From assembly GCF_000181795.1 (NCBI RefSeq), contig NW_003526943.1, forward strand, positions 10,028,849 through 10,092,848: a stretch of DNA of 64,000 nucleotides, read 5' to 3'. This stretch comes from Trichinella spiralis (taxonomy: Eukaryota). This document shows positions 17,959 through 28,800 of the stretch, in pieces (position 1 is the stretch's first letter; every line of letters begins with the position of its first letter). A program made the translations under genes and the position numbers. The notes under the pieces were generated by a model. The model was given only the letters and a program-made list of their open reading frames with translations, ran no database searches and was not told the origin of the DNA.

Positions 17959-18171
17959 GCGTAACAAATAATTTTTTATGAAAATAAATTTCGTCAATTG
18001 AAGAAATATGATACAAATTGAAATGCAGCGAGAACATTTTTTGCTATTGTCTTAGGGCGAATATTTGTAAGCAACTTTATTTGAAAATTCTTTATAAATT
18101 ATATACATGACATATTTCCTGGTGACAACAATGATTTAGTCTCTGAAAAAAGTAAGTTCTGCTTGAAGCTG

Positions 18172-18521
18172 TGTTGAGAACTGGAGCTACAGTATATCAT
18201 TACCTTGATTATCTCAAATACAGTAATTGGATATATAGGGAGTGGCGATAGATGAGAGTGGTTGCTGGTAACGTAAGAAGTTAAAGGTTTTTGTGCCTTG
18301 TGGTTTATCAGTTGTATTACAGTCTTGCACTGAGGTATTCACGCTTCTGTTTATGTCTTGCGTTAAGTAAGCAGTGCGATCATTCGATTGAGTTTTCTTT
18401 ATTCACGTTTGATTGTGCACGCGGGATAGTCGCGTGCGGGTAGTCAGAATTGCGTCTGACAGAAATAGCGCTGCAGTCCACTGTTATTCAGAATCAAGTT
18501 GTGCGATTATTGTCGCCAACA
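18172..18521 (+). repeat. 5' LTR
   Basis: TGTTGAGAAC...TGTCGCCAACA; aligns end to end with 21054-21393. Confidence 0.9.
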
Positions 18522-18523
18522 TT

Positions 18524-18541
18524 TGGTCTTTCAAGCCGAAT
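18524..18541 (+). promoter_or_regulatory. Primer-binding site, degenerate tRNA-Tyr type
   Basis: TGGTCTTTCAAGCCGAAT starts 2 nt after the LTR. It matches 15/18 to TGGTCCTTCGAGCCGGAT, the complement of the eukaryotic tRNA-Tyr 3' end as recalled. Confidence 0.75.
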
Positions 18542-18600
18542 TATCAGAGATCTGTCGCGAACTAGCGATTTACGGATAGGTTGTGATAGTGATCGAAGCA

Positions 18601-20976
18601 ATGGCCATGGTGAAATCACCATCCCCTTCGAAGAAGTTGGTTGCAAATAAGGAACGGTTACAGCTTCTCCTGGAAGAACTGAACCAACTATGTACAAGTT
18701 TGGCGTCGGTGGCTGAGATCGAAGAGCAGATGCTGATGTCCGAAGAACTTTACCGTCAGACGGATGCACTTCAGGTAGAGTATGAGACAAGTCTGGATGA
18801 TGCCGAGCGAAGAGTCGCGATGATGCAGTGGGCGAAGTTTCGAAAAAGCTTTCGACAGAGCAAGGCCCAAGCGCGAGCTTTGATAAGCGCAGTGCATGCA
18901 GAGGAAGTGGGTTCCCGGAGCACGAGGACAGCAGAGATCGAGAGGAATGTTCAACTGTCGCACTGTGATGTTCCGAAATTTGACGATAACGTCACGAAAT
19001 TTCGGGAATTTTGGGAGCAATTCGACACCAGTGTTCACAAGCAAGCAGATCTGTCAGATGCGGTAATGCTAACATATCTGCGCAGCTGCTTGTCCGCCGC
19101 AAATGCCGACTGTGATGAGATGACAGCTCGAAGGCTGCAGGAACGCTTTGACAGACCAATCGCCGCGATTAGAAAACTGACGCTCAGCTTAGCCGAGATC
19201 TCGAACGGCGAATGGGAGCTGAAGGCTCTCTGTGATCACCTGCACCGAAACGTCGATGCATTGGCGGCGCTGGGAAAGGATCCTCGAACGGCCGAGCTCA
19301 CAGCAGCAGAAATACTCATAACGTTGAGTAGAGAGAAGCTCCCGAAGATGACAAGGATCAAGTGGGACGAGGCGACGAAGGCAGACGAGACAGCACGATC
19401 TGATCTGACAGCATTCATGCGGTTTATCCGGGAACAGACGGAATTGCTGACCGAATCTCGTCACTCAGTCCGCAGAAGTAGCCCCAGTAAGTCATCCACT
19501 ACCATTTCAACCACTCGAAAGGATAGTCCTCCTGAAAGACACGCGCGAACGGCCACGTTCCTGCAAGATTCAGTTGCGCATGATTGCCCCATTTGCAAAG
19601 GTTCACACAAGGTGTCGGTCTGTCCGAACTTGCAGAAGGCTGATCATCGTCAGCGTCAAGTTCTGGTGAAGAAAGCTGGTCTGTGCTTCATCTGCCTTGA
19701 AGTCGGACACTTGGCAAAATGGTGTAACCGGAAGGGAGGAAGATCAAAAGACTGGAAGCGCGACGATTCCTCTACTACGCCACACCCAGGGAAGGCACCC
19801 TGTCCGAAGGAAAAGGCTGACCGACTGAAGAAGGCCAAGGCGCCCCAGTCCGTACGAGCAAACGTTGCATCGATCGATGGGTCGATCGGGACTCGTCTGC
19901 AGACGGTTTGGGCGATCGCCCATGGTGATGAAGGGAGAATAATGACCGTTAACTGCCTATTTGATTCGGCAGCAGAACGATCGTTTATTAGGCAGGATGT
20001 GGCGGACGAGCTTGGCCTCAAAGGTGAAGCATTTCCAGTTGCGGTACATGGCATTGGTGGCGCGAGTAACGAGATCCAGAAGTCACGATTGGTGGACTTC
20101 TGGCTGAGCCCTCTGGCTGGAGAACCTCGGTACTCAATGAAGGCGCTAACTATGCATACTCTGTGCAACGACATCGTGCTGACGAAAATATCGAAGCTAA
20201 CCTGGCCTCACCTTCACACGTTGGAACTCCCAGAGGAAGAGGAAGAAGTTCCAGTGCACGTCATAATTGGCGTCGACCGTTACTTCCACTTGATAGGATC
20301 CACGGTCATCCGTGGAGGGGAGGATGATCCAGTAGCTGTAGAAACACTCCTAGGTTGGGTGATCTGCGGGCCACTTCCCTCATCACCCCACCGACCCGCT
20401 GTCTCAGCACGATGCGCATCCACGGACGCTGAAAGCTGTCGGATCTTGCGGAAGATTTTGCAGTTGGTGTCGCTTGGGATTCATCAGGAATCAGAGGAAG
20501 CTCAGTCAGACATGGTGCCGAAGGAAGTTGAGCTGTCCCTCTTGTACAACGGTGTGAGATACACCGTTTGCCTTCTTTTGAAGAAGGCCTACAACACTCT
20601 GCCGAATCGCCAGTTAGCCATAATACGGCTCGGTTCGGTCCAGACGGGGCGGTTTACCTGCCCGGAAAGTGCGAGCAGTTCGCCAGACGTTTTGAAGCAC
20701 ACGCCTGCAGTGGATCACAGCGTAAGTGATTGGGGACAACTACGGGAGTCATTGGGAAATCTCTGGCAGCGAGTGTCAGACGTGTTTATCTACCGCCCAC
20801 TGGAAAGGTTGGTGTCACGAACCCAAGACCCGAAGATGGACCTGCTTAAGCTGGCAGCCTCGGTCTTCGATCGTCGAGATTGCCTGGCACCATACGCGGT
20901 GAGAACGACGACAAAACATTCCATGCCGCTCCCGCATGGCGACGAAGTGGAAGACGTGATTGCAGAATATTCGTAG
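18601..20976 (+). CDS. Intronless BEL/Pao Gag-aspartic protease polyprotein with degenerate RT/RNase H/IN-terminal remnants
   Basis: DUF1759-type Gag (VPKFDDNVTKFREFWEQFDTSVH, LTYLRSCL), knuckles CPICKGSHKVSVC and CFICLEVGHLAKWC, protease NCLFDSAAERSFI...VHVIIGVD...PVAVETLLGWVICG. First ATG at 18601; the track's 18583 start is a GTG. Confidence 0.9.
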   Translation: MAMVKSPSPSKKLVANKERLQLLLEELNQLCTSLASVAEIEEQMLMSEELYRQTDALQVEYETSLDDAERRVAMMQWAKFRKSFRQSKAQARALISAVHAEEVGSRSTRTAEIERNVQLSHCDVPKFDDNVTKFREFWEQFDTSVHKQADLSDAVMLTYLRSCLSAANADCDEMTARRLQERFDRPIAAIRKLTLSLAEISNGEWELKALCDHLHRNVDALAALGKDPRTAELTAAEILITLSREKLPKMTRIKWDEATKADETARSDLTAFMRFIREQTELLTESRHSVRRSSPSKSSTTISTTRKDSPPERHARTATFLQDSVAHDCPICKGSHKVSVCPNLQKADHRQRQVLVKKAGLCFICLEVGHLAKWCNRKGGRSKDWKRDDSSTTPHPGKAPCPKEKADRLKKAKAPQSVRANVASIDGSIGTRLQTVWAIAHGDEGRIMTVNCLFDSAAERSFIRQDVADELGLKGEAFPVAVHGIGGASNEIQKSRLVDFWLSPLAGEPRYSMKALTMHTLCNDIVLTKISKLTWPHLHTLELPEEEEEVPVHVIIGVDRYFHLIGSTVIRGGEDDPVAVETLLGWVICGPLPSSPHRPAVSARCASTDAESCRILRKILQLVSLGIHQESEEAQSDMVPKEVELSLLYNGVRYTVCLLLKKAYNTLPNRQLAIIRLGSVQTGRFTCPESASSSPDVLKHTPAVDHSVSDWGQLRESLGNLWQRVSDVFIYRPLERLVSRTQDPKMDLLKLAASVFDRRDCLAPYAVRTTTKHSMPLPHGDEVEDVIAEYS

Positions 20977-21039
20977 TAACTGGTAACAAGGCCAGTGCGA
21001 CCACTGATCCTGTTGGAACCGGTGGGAAGTTCGTCCATC

Positions 21040-21052
21040 GGGGAGGGGGAGG
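21040..21052 (+). promoter_or_regulatory. Polypurine tract
   Basis: GGGGAGGGGGAGG ends 1 nt before the 3' LTR start. Confidence 0.85.
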
Positions 21053-21053
21053 T

Positions 21054-21393
21054 TGTTGAAAACAGCAGTTACGGTACACCAGTACCTTATCTCTAGTACA
21101 GTAATTGGATATAAATATATAGAATGCGACTGAAGAAAGTGGTTACTGGTGACGGTTAAGGGTTTTTGTGCCTTGTGGTTAATCGGTTGTGTTACGATCT
21201 TGCATTGAGGTATTTGCGTTTCTGTTTGTCTTACATTGAGTAAACAGTGCAAATATTCGACTGAGTTTTGTTGATTCACGCTTGATTGTGCACGCGGGAC
21301 GGTCGCGTGCGGGTAGTCAGAATCACGTTTGGCGGAAATAGAGATATAGCCTTTTATTACTGAAGATCAAGATGCGCAATTATTGTCGTTACA
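21054..21393 (+). repeat. 3' LTR
   Basis: TGTTGAAAAC...TGTCGTTACA; roughly 80% identical to the 5' LTR by hand alignment, with small indels. Confidence 0.9.
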
Positions 21394-21395
21394 GT

Positions 21396-21765
21396 TGTAA
21401 CGGGTACGATTAAACAATTAAAAGGAAGTCAAGATCGAAAGGAAGAAAGCAACGCAGACGCCAATTCAAGAATGATAATTACGTTAGCCGATTTCAAAAG
21501 GTGAACGGCATCTATCTAACGGCATAAACATTTTCCGATATATGTATATAGAGTGATTGTGACGCTTAGTTAGTGTGTGTTAGTGAAAGTGTGTGGTATA
21601 GCTGCTTAGAGAACGCATGAGATAGCTACGTGGTATAGTCGTTGTGTAAAATAGCTTGTGTGTGCGAATTATTAGTGCTTCTGTCTGTTTGTGAATAAAC
21701 GCTAAAAACCAGAGATATGCCGCACATGAATGACCAACAAAAGTCTACCGTAACAGGATGTTACA
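21396..21765 (+). mobile_element. Probable solo LTR of an unrelated family
   Basis: Starts TGTAACGG and ends either CCGTAACA (21755) or GTTACA (21765). Internal TATA-like TATGTATATAG, a GT-rich segment and AATAAA. Target-site duplication unclear. Confidence 0.6.
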
Positions 21766-21908
21766 CAATTAATATTTTTTCCTTTTCGAGAAGAAACGGC
21801 AAAAGCTACATATTTGAATATTTTTATTTTAAAATTATTTCAAAAATACTTTTAACTGAGTAAGTACTTAAGTATTTGTCATTTTATTGGCATTAATGTA
21901 AATAATGA

Positions 21909-22180
21909 TGTTGAGAACTCCCTCCGGTTGAGCCTGACCATCCGCATCCGCTACCGTAACCGGCGATTGGCGGTGGTGACGTAATAGTCATGTGCGAAGG
22001 TGTGTGAACGCGTGTAAAAACCTGATCTTGTGTTGGCGTGTGATTGTTTTGTGCGATTCTTCCGAATAAAGCTTAGTTTCCATGCCGTTGTTCCCGAACT
22101 GTCGCTAGCACCTCTAAGCCTCAGAAGAGCCAGTGACTCTGTTAGCGAAACGCAACTGTCACGTACAGTTCGATTGAACA
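21909..22180 (+). mobile_element. Solo LTR (272 bp) with perfect 5-bp TSD
   Basis: TGTT...AACA termini flanked by AATGA at 21904-21908 and 22181-22185. Internal AATAAA, GC-rich. First 11 nt (TGTTGAGAACT) are identical to the LTR at 18172. Confidence 0.88.
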
Positions 22181-22269
22181 AATGAATTATTTAAACTTGA
22201 AAATCACCTTTCTGTAAAACTAAGTTTTTATTATGCTTGTGATTTGTACGCGCTACGTTTTTGTTGTTT

Positions 22270-24351
22270 ATGGATAATCAAAATTTAAATAATGAAAATA
22301 TTGGAGATGACGATATTGACAACAAATCTTCAGGCGATAAAAATACAAAAAAGTATAAAATGTTTCTTCGTCAAAAACAACGAGGTACATTCAGCATTTA
22401 ACGATTAATCATTTATCTAATGTTATATTGCGTAGAACAAAGGAAAGAAAAAAGACAAGTGAAGATTTTTGAAAATAAAAAAGTAGTGCTTCCTGGACAT
22501 CACTTTTGCGATTGCCAAGGCACGGAACATGATGTTTTAAATAACTGTCTGAACTGTGGTCGCATAGCTTGCATTCAAGAAGGTTCTGGACCATGTGCAT
22601 TTTGTGGCCATTTGGTCTGTATTTTTTTTCGCATGAAAAATTATCTGAAAATTGTGTATATTTCAAATTTCTGTTTTCTGCATTATTGTAATTAATTTAG
22701 TGAAATGAAAATTTTCAGTTGCATTTTAAAGAGAATATAATATTATTAATAATTTTCATTAAAATGTTACAGTAGTAATTCATGATAAAGAAACCTTTCA
22801 TATATTTATTTTAGCATTTTTATGATTATTTAGGTTTTTAACATCATATTGTTTAGGTACTTTCTAAAGCTGAAATGCTTAATAAAGCCAATGATCTGAA
22901 GGAGGAGCATCTAATCCCTTCAGAGTGTAAAGAACCTCTTTCATTGGCAAAGCTTAGTGAAGATTTGCAAAAAGCACTGCAGTGTAAAGATAAGTTACTA
23001 GAATATCAGAAAGATAGGTTTGTTTTAAGATATTTTTTTATATGTGTTTAATAATTATTTGTTAAGTGTCCGACGAACAACTATATATGACGACCAATCT
23101 GATTATTTTATGATGAATGGAGGTAAAAGTTGGTTAAGTGATAAAGAAAGAGCTGAAATGGAAGGAAAATACAATGAGCTGCTAGCGAAAAAATATGCGC
23201 CTAGAAGTGAAAGAAAAATTATCGTTGATTTTGGGCCGGATGAAATTGTGGAACAAAGCACATCGTACAATTTATGTTCTGATGAGTTTGCTAAATCACT
23301 TGAAGAAGGTGAAACTATTTTGCCAAAATCAGTAGTGACAAATGAAAAGATAGCAGCTGAAGTACTGGATTATTTTAATTTACTTAAATGCTTACAATAA
23401 TACTTTTCTTCTAGTACATCCCACGAGTTAAAAATTTGAATTTTAATAACGCCGAGCATGTTGGAAGAGCAGTTGAACAAATATCTCGTGTTCAAGATGA
23501 TTATATTACTGAAATTCATGATTCAGGCATTTGTTTGAGTGTTCACCAACCATTCGCATCTCTTTTGATTCGTGGAATTAAACGGTTCGTAAACAAATAA
23601 CGGTAAATTTAGATGCGTAAAAATATGTGAATATTTTAGTTTTGAAGGCAGAAGTTGGTATTCCACACATAGGGGTCTTCTTTGGATTGCCTCTACAGCA
23701 AAACCTTTAAATCATGAAGAAAAAGAACAAATCGAAAGCTTTTATCTACGCTTGTATAATGGTATTTTTTTCTGAATATTTGTGCATATATTTATACTTG
23801 CTTGTAAATAGTGAGCATTTTTAGTTTCTAAATACTGATCTGCTACTTATTATTTATTTGTTTTGAGACATTTTATTTTTTGCAGATCAATTACCAAAGC
23901 CTTTTCCTGAACAATACATAACAGGTTGTTTACTTGGATGTGTGAATATGGTTGACTGTCTTCCTCAAGAACAGTTTTTTGAACAGTATTCCTATGGTGA
24001 AGTTGAAAGTCCGTACGTTTTCATTTTTGAAAATCCTGTTGAACTGGCAGTGAAGATTCCTATTTCCGGAAAGAGACGTTTGTGTACGTATGTTTTATTT
24101 ATTATGAACATGATTTATTGACATTAATCGTTCTGTTTTAAATTGTTTCTGCGTGAAATGCTTTTTAATGTTATCCTTTTAACATTTAAACCTATGTACA
24201 AAAGCTGATTACGCAGTTTCAATTTCATGCATAAGTACCCTGCGTTTCCAGAATAACGTCAGTGTGAATGTTAATATTTTTTGCAGATAATTTGGATACA
24301 CAGATACACCAGGCTGCTAAAAAGGCGTTAGCAGCTACGTCGAATACTTGA
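22270..24351 (+). CDS. asc-1: Activating signal cointegrator 1 (TRIP4/ASC-1)
   Basis: zf-C2HC5 HFCDCQGTEHDVLNNCLNCGRIACIQEGSGPCAFCG and RRTTIYDDQSDYF. ASCH domain CLSVHQPFASLLIRGIKR-FEGRSWYSTHRGLLWIAST. Start codon less certain. Confidence 0.92.
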
Positions 24352-24802
24352 TACTTGATAATTGCAAAATTGTGTCGATGATGAATTCATTAAACAAAGG
24401 GTTTTGTATTTTATAAGAATAAAAGCTGGAAAACAAACTTATTACTTAATTTGTTATTTTAGTTATAATTCGTGAACGACTACAGGTAAGTGAAACAAGG
24501 TGAACAAGGTATTTTACATTTTGTAGATAAATTTCATGTTTGTTGTAAGAAAAATTGTTCTGTAGTTAATGTTATACTGATACAGGTTTCAGTTGAATGC
24601 ACATGCAGTGCCAAAAAGAGGTATGGTTGTATTCTTTGCATAAATGTTGCGGAGAAATATATGTATAATGTGTATCAGCAATCAGCTGGATTAGCTATAA
24701 GCATTTTAAACAATGAAATCTGTGTATTTCAATTAATTTTATTTAGATAATGCGCATTCAACAAATATATTGTAAATGGCAGCGGTATTTATTTAACAAA
24801 AT

Positions 24803-25876
24803 TCACTTCGTTTTATGATAGGTAAGAACATAGCGCTGCAAAACAGGCAGCGGTGGAGAAAATCCAGTAGCATATGTATTATCTTCGAAAGCTATGAGAT
24901 ATTCAGTAAAAGGATCTTGTGGCTGTTGAAAAACTGTACCTTTATAAAAGCAACTTGTTTGGGGGTAAAGTGCCAAGACAAGAGAATTCAAAGGAAACAC
25001 AGTTTCTGGATAGTGCCGTGGATTGCAAAGATAAACAGGCAATGGTATCACTTTACGGCGACTAATGGTGTAGCTACTTTTTTCTTCTTCATCTATGTCT
25101 TCAACTGTGTATTTTGCGTAAGCACTGTTATAAAATTTAACCTGAAATTGGAAACAATTAAAAACAAAGAATTAATAAAATGTATACCAACCTCAGCAAG
25201 AATCCAGTTCTCATCTCCATCGGCATTTTTAACTCTCGCAGCAACTAGATCCCCTTTTTCACATATGTGATTAAAGGCAGCAGGAATAGCTCCGCACAGT
25301 GGTGGAGGGGATTCTTTTTTCACAGACACCCAAAGTGGTATATTGATGGCAAACTGTTGTAGCATAAGCATAAAAGCGCCACGTCGAACTTGACTAACAC
25401 TAGTCTGAACGCTCAGAGATGTCTTTTCAAGTACCCGTTGGTTAGCCTCCTTTTCAGCCGTATGTCTCTCACGAAGTAAATATTCAACATCCTTCAGTTT
25501 TTTCTGCGCTTCACATACTAAGGCGAACTGCGCTTCTGTATGCTTCAATGCGTTCTCGTATGCAGTTTTCAATCGAGATCTACATTTCAAACTTTCAGTC
25601 AAACATAAAACTCAAACTTTAATAAAATCAATCACTCAAAATAATAAATTACTCATTTTGCCTAGAAGGTTTAATATCTTCGGACAATTTTTCATATAAA
25701 CTAAATATTGCTAAAGTATCCGCCTTTTCGCCTTCTGTTGCTTCGATGATTTTTTTCAGCTGATTTCGCAGCTGTTCTTCCGCAAGGCAAAGATCACCCA
25801 ATGAATCACTGTTAGAAGTAGAATCTGTGGCTGTGTTCACTACATTTGGAGATCGACTTCCCTTTTGTCTTGGCAT
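24803..25876 (-). CDS. SGF29: SAGA-associated factor 29 (SGF29/CCDC101, tandem Tudor)
   Basis: RRGAFMLMLQQFA..IPLWV...PPPLCGAIPA, VAARVKNADGDENWILAEV, VLALYPQTSCFYKG and FEDNTYATGFSPPLPVLQRYV. Confidence 0.94.
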
Positions 25877-28800
25877 TTGAAATACTGCCTGAAAAATAAC
25901 ATATGTTTTATACAGTACTTTATGCAAATAGAAATAAATTCATAGAGTCATAACGCCTACCCACAACTTTTGTGTTGAACGATAAATTTTTAAATGCTTA
26001 TTACCCTTAAAAAATCACCAAATAAAACAGTAAAATATACCTCACGAGTTCCTTTACCAAATCAACATATTTAGCAAATAAAAATTCCATTTTCATTTTG
26101 CATTTTGTCGCAAACAGGTTGTTTCTTACCAGACAATCACAAAAAAATGCGCATATCTAAAAATAAAATATTTTTCATAATACAATCAATCTTTCATATT
26201 TATTTATTGAAAAACCAATTTCATTAACATTTCAAACAAGCTTATATAAGGAATAAGTAGAAGATTCTAGCGATATCAGGTAATAATAAGTGAAAAAAGT
26301 TTAGATCATTTACTAAATGATTAAATGTGTGAAAAAATAAAAATTTTAATTAAGAAAAAAATATTTATCTTAAAGCTAACAGTAGATACATTAAACAATA
26401 AATTACTAGTTGTATACTACAAACTTGCAATAGATGAAACAATTAATTATGCATTACAGTATACAGTACGGTAATATGAAACAAAAAGGTACATAAGAAC
26501 ATGCCCTTTAAGCACATTATTATTGAATTACCTTGAGTAATTTATTAATCTTTATATAAAAATATAAGAATGATAATTTTTAAAAATGCGTTAAACAGCT
26601 TTATGTTTGTTATAATTTCTCAAAATGCTTGTTCATCAAAACAAAATTAAGTTAGGAATTAAAAACACCAATTGCAACTGTAAATCATTAAAAATTTTTT
26701 ATTCATAGTAATGTTGTAATAAAAGCTTCAATCCACAAAGTTTTACAATACAAAATTCTTTTAAATATTTCTATAAAATTACTTAAGTGATCAAAATAAT
26801 ACAATAAGAACACTCTAAGTCATGCATCATTTAGAATTACAAATAAATATATCTAAATTTACATATTTAAATGTAAATTAAATTTTGTGAAAAAATTAAT
26901 TTCTCAATAGGAATTTAACCTGCTTGTCTATAAATTCAAAATGGCGCCAGCGCGAATTGACTATTCATAGTTCAAAAAATATTGATGATGAAGTTCAATA
27001 AACATAATACTAATAAAATTATATTAATATACTGTGTCATATCTTATTAAATGAGAAATTCAAGAATACTGAAAAATGGTTCCAATAAATTGCAAATGCT
27101 TATGCAGATGATAACCATATTCAAAATATAAGCAAAAAGTGTTACGTAAATTACTATGAATACTTATGTTTTTTATTGATTACATGAAGAGAAAAATAAT
27201 AACCGAGTATAAAATAATCAATAATAAAAGCACTATAATTTCATGCATTTTTAACTTAACGTTTTGTTTAATTTTCATTTTCGAAAAAAATACCTATAAG
27301 ATACTTCTTTTACGGAAAATACTGCTTTGTCTGTACTAAGATACGGGTTTTAATTGGACTGATGAACCGAATGTGCTAACAAATCAGCGGGAAACAGGAT
27401 GTAACTTATATGATTAATTGTTAAACTAATATTATTGTTATCAATTTAAATGATCAGAGCAGAAACTTTTGGTGTACAACACAAAAATACATACCACTGA
27501 CGATTATATAAAAGTTATTTTAATTTTGAAATCCCAGAAATAAAGAATTACATTTAGCTTAATTAAAATTAGTCAATACTTTTAAATTTAAATATGCCAA
27601 AATTTTTAATATGCATTCTGCTGTATCGTATTTCAGAAATAGCAGCGTTATTTATGCAATTCGTTAAAAATGCTAAATTTTTTTTATTTTTATTTTTAAA
27701 AATAAAAATGAAAGACATTAATTGATTTCAGAAATGTTAAAGAACGAAAGTGTCAACTGCACTACACTACACCGTGATCTCGCATTATTTTTGTTACAAC
27801 TCACTACTGGTAAAAATATTAATAATTAATAATTAGGGATAATTAATTTTGACATTTAATCCTGATTACTGCTTTCATTGAATACACTTAATTATAAAGA
27901 AAAATAATTAATGAAAATAACATAACCTAGATTAACATAGCATTTATTGTAGAAGACTTTTAGACTGAAAATCAACAATGAGTTATTTTCATGTTTTACA
28001 TGCATCCTTGGATATTAGACCATATAAATACATTATACTTTTACATAATTTTCCAGGCGTGGTTTCCATCACTGTACAACTTTCTTAATTGCGCAATTAC
28101 TACATTCCATGATGCAGCGATGATAATTTTTATTATTAACAACCTCAGTGTAATAATTTTGGTCAGCTGTTGACCTGATCTTAGATGTTGCAACAATAAG
28201 CAATCACAATGAAAAATAATGGCATAACCTGATTAACGGCTTAATCTGAGGTTAATAACAGATTCAAGATGGCAACATGTGGCTTTTGCCTAGCTCATAT
28301 TACTGTTATTTTGATGTTGCATGAATAGAGGCAAAACTGACACCAACACTGCATTAATTTTAACTGTGAATGGTTCTATTTTTATGAAGACCAAAAAATC
28401 ATATTTCTTACCGTTAATTAATGCGCATTGCTTGAGTGAAGCAAGAATTTTTGCAGAAAAAAATGATGCAATTATGAGCAAGAAGTAATAATGCCATAAG
28501 TTACATACTTTATTACAAAATTAATCTGTTTTACAATTTTTGATACTGATAAAATAAATTACAGTGATAAGAAAATATCTGACAGGTAAAAGTGATCAAA
28601 TAAGGACGCCTCTTTTTGTCACCATTTTAAAATAATGCCATATTAAACATTAGAATTGCAATTTCTACGCATTTTTTGCATGGAAAAGTCTCATTAAAAG
28701 GTTAAAAAGCTGAAAGTTTTGAAAACTTGCTATTTCAAGTGGTTTGACTTAAAACTTTGAAGATTAGTTGAAAAATAGAGAAGAAGTTAATGTCTTTTGA

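Larger units (their letters stand above)
18172..21393 (+). mobile_element. BEL/Pao-type LTR retroelement, internally deleted (gag-protease only), with diverged LTRs
   Basis: Direct repeats 18172-18521 and 21054-21393 with TGT...ACA ends, a PBS after the first, a polypurine tract before the second, and a BEL-type Gag-protease ORF between. GC-rich relative to the flanks. Confidence 0.93.

Noticed and set aside
18450..21279. Several antisense and alternative-frame ORFs over the retroelement
   Set aside because: Expected shadows of a GC-rich coding frame; no recognisable motifs.
18167..21398. Target-site duplication for the main element (AGCTG versus AGTTG/GTTGT)
   Set aside because: Only an imperfect match that depends on where the 3' LTR end is placed, and a second element starts 2 bp downstream. 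It cannot be used as evidence either way.
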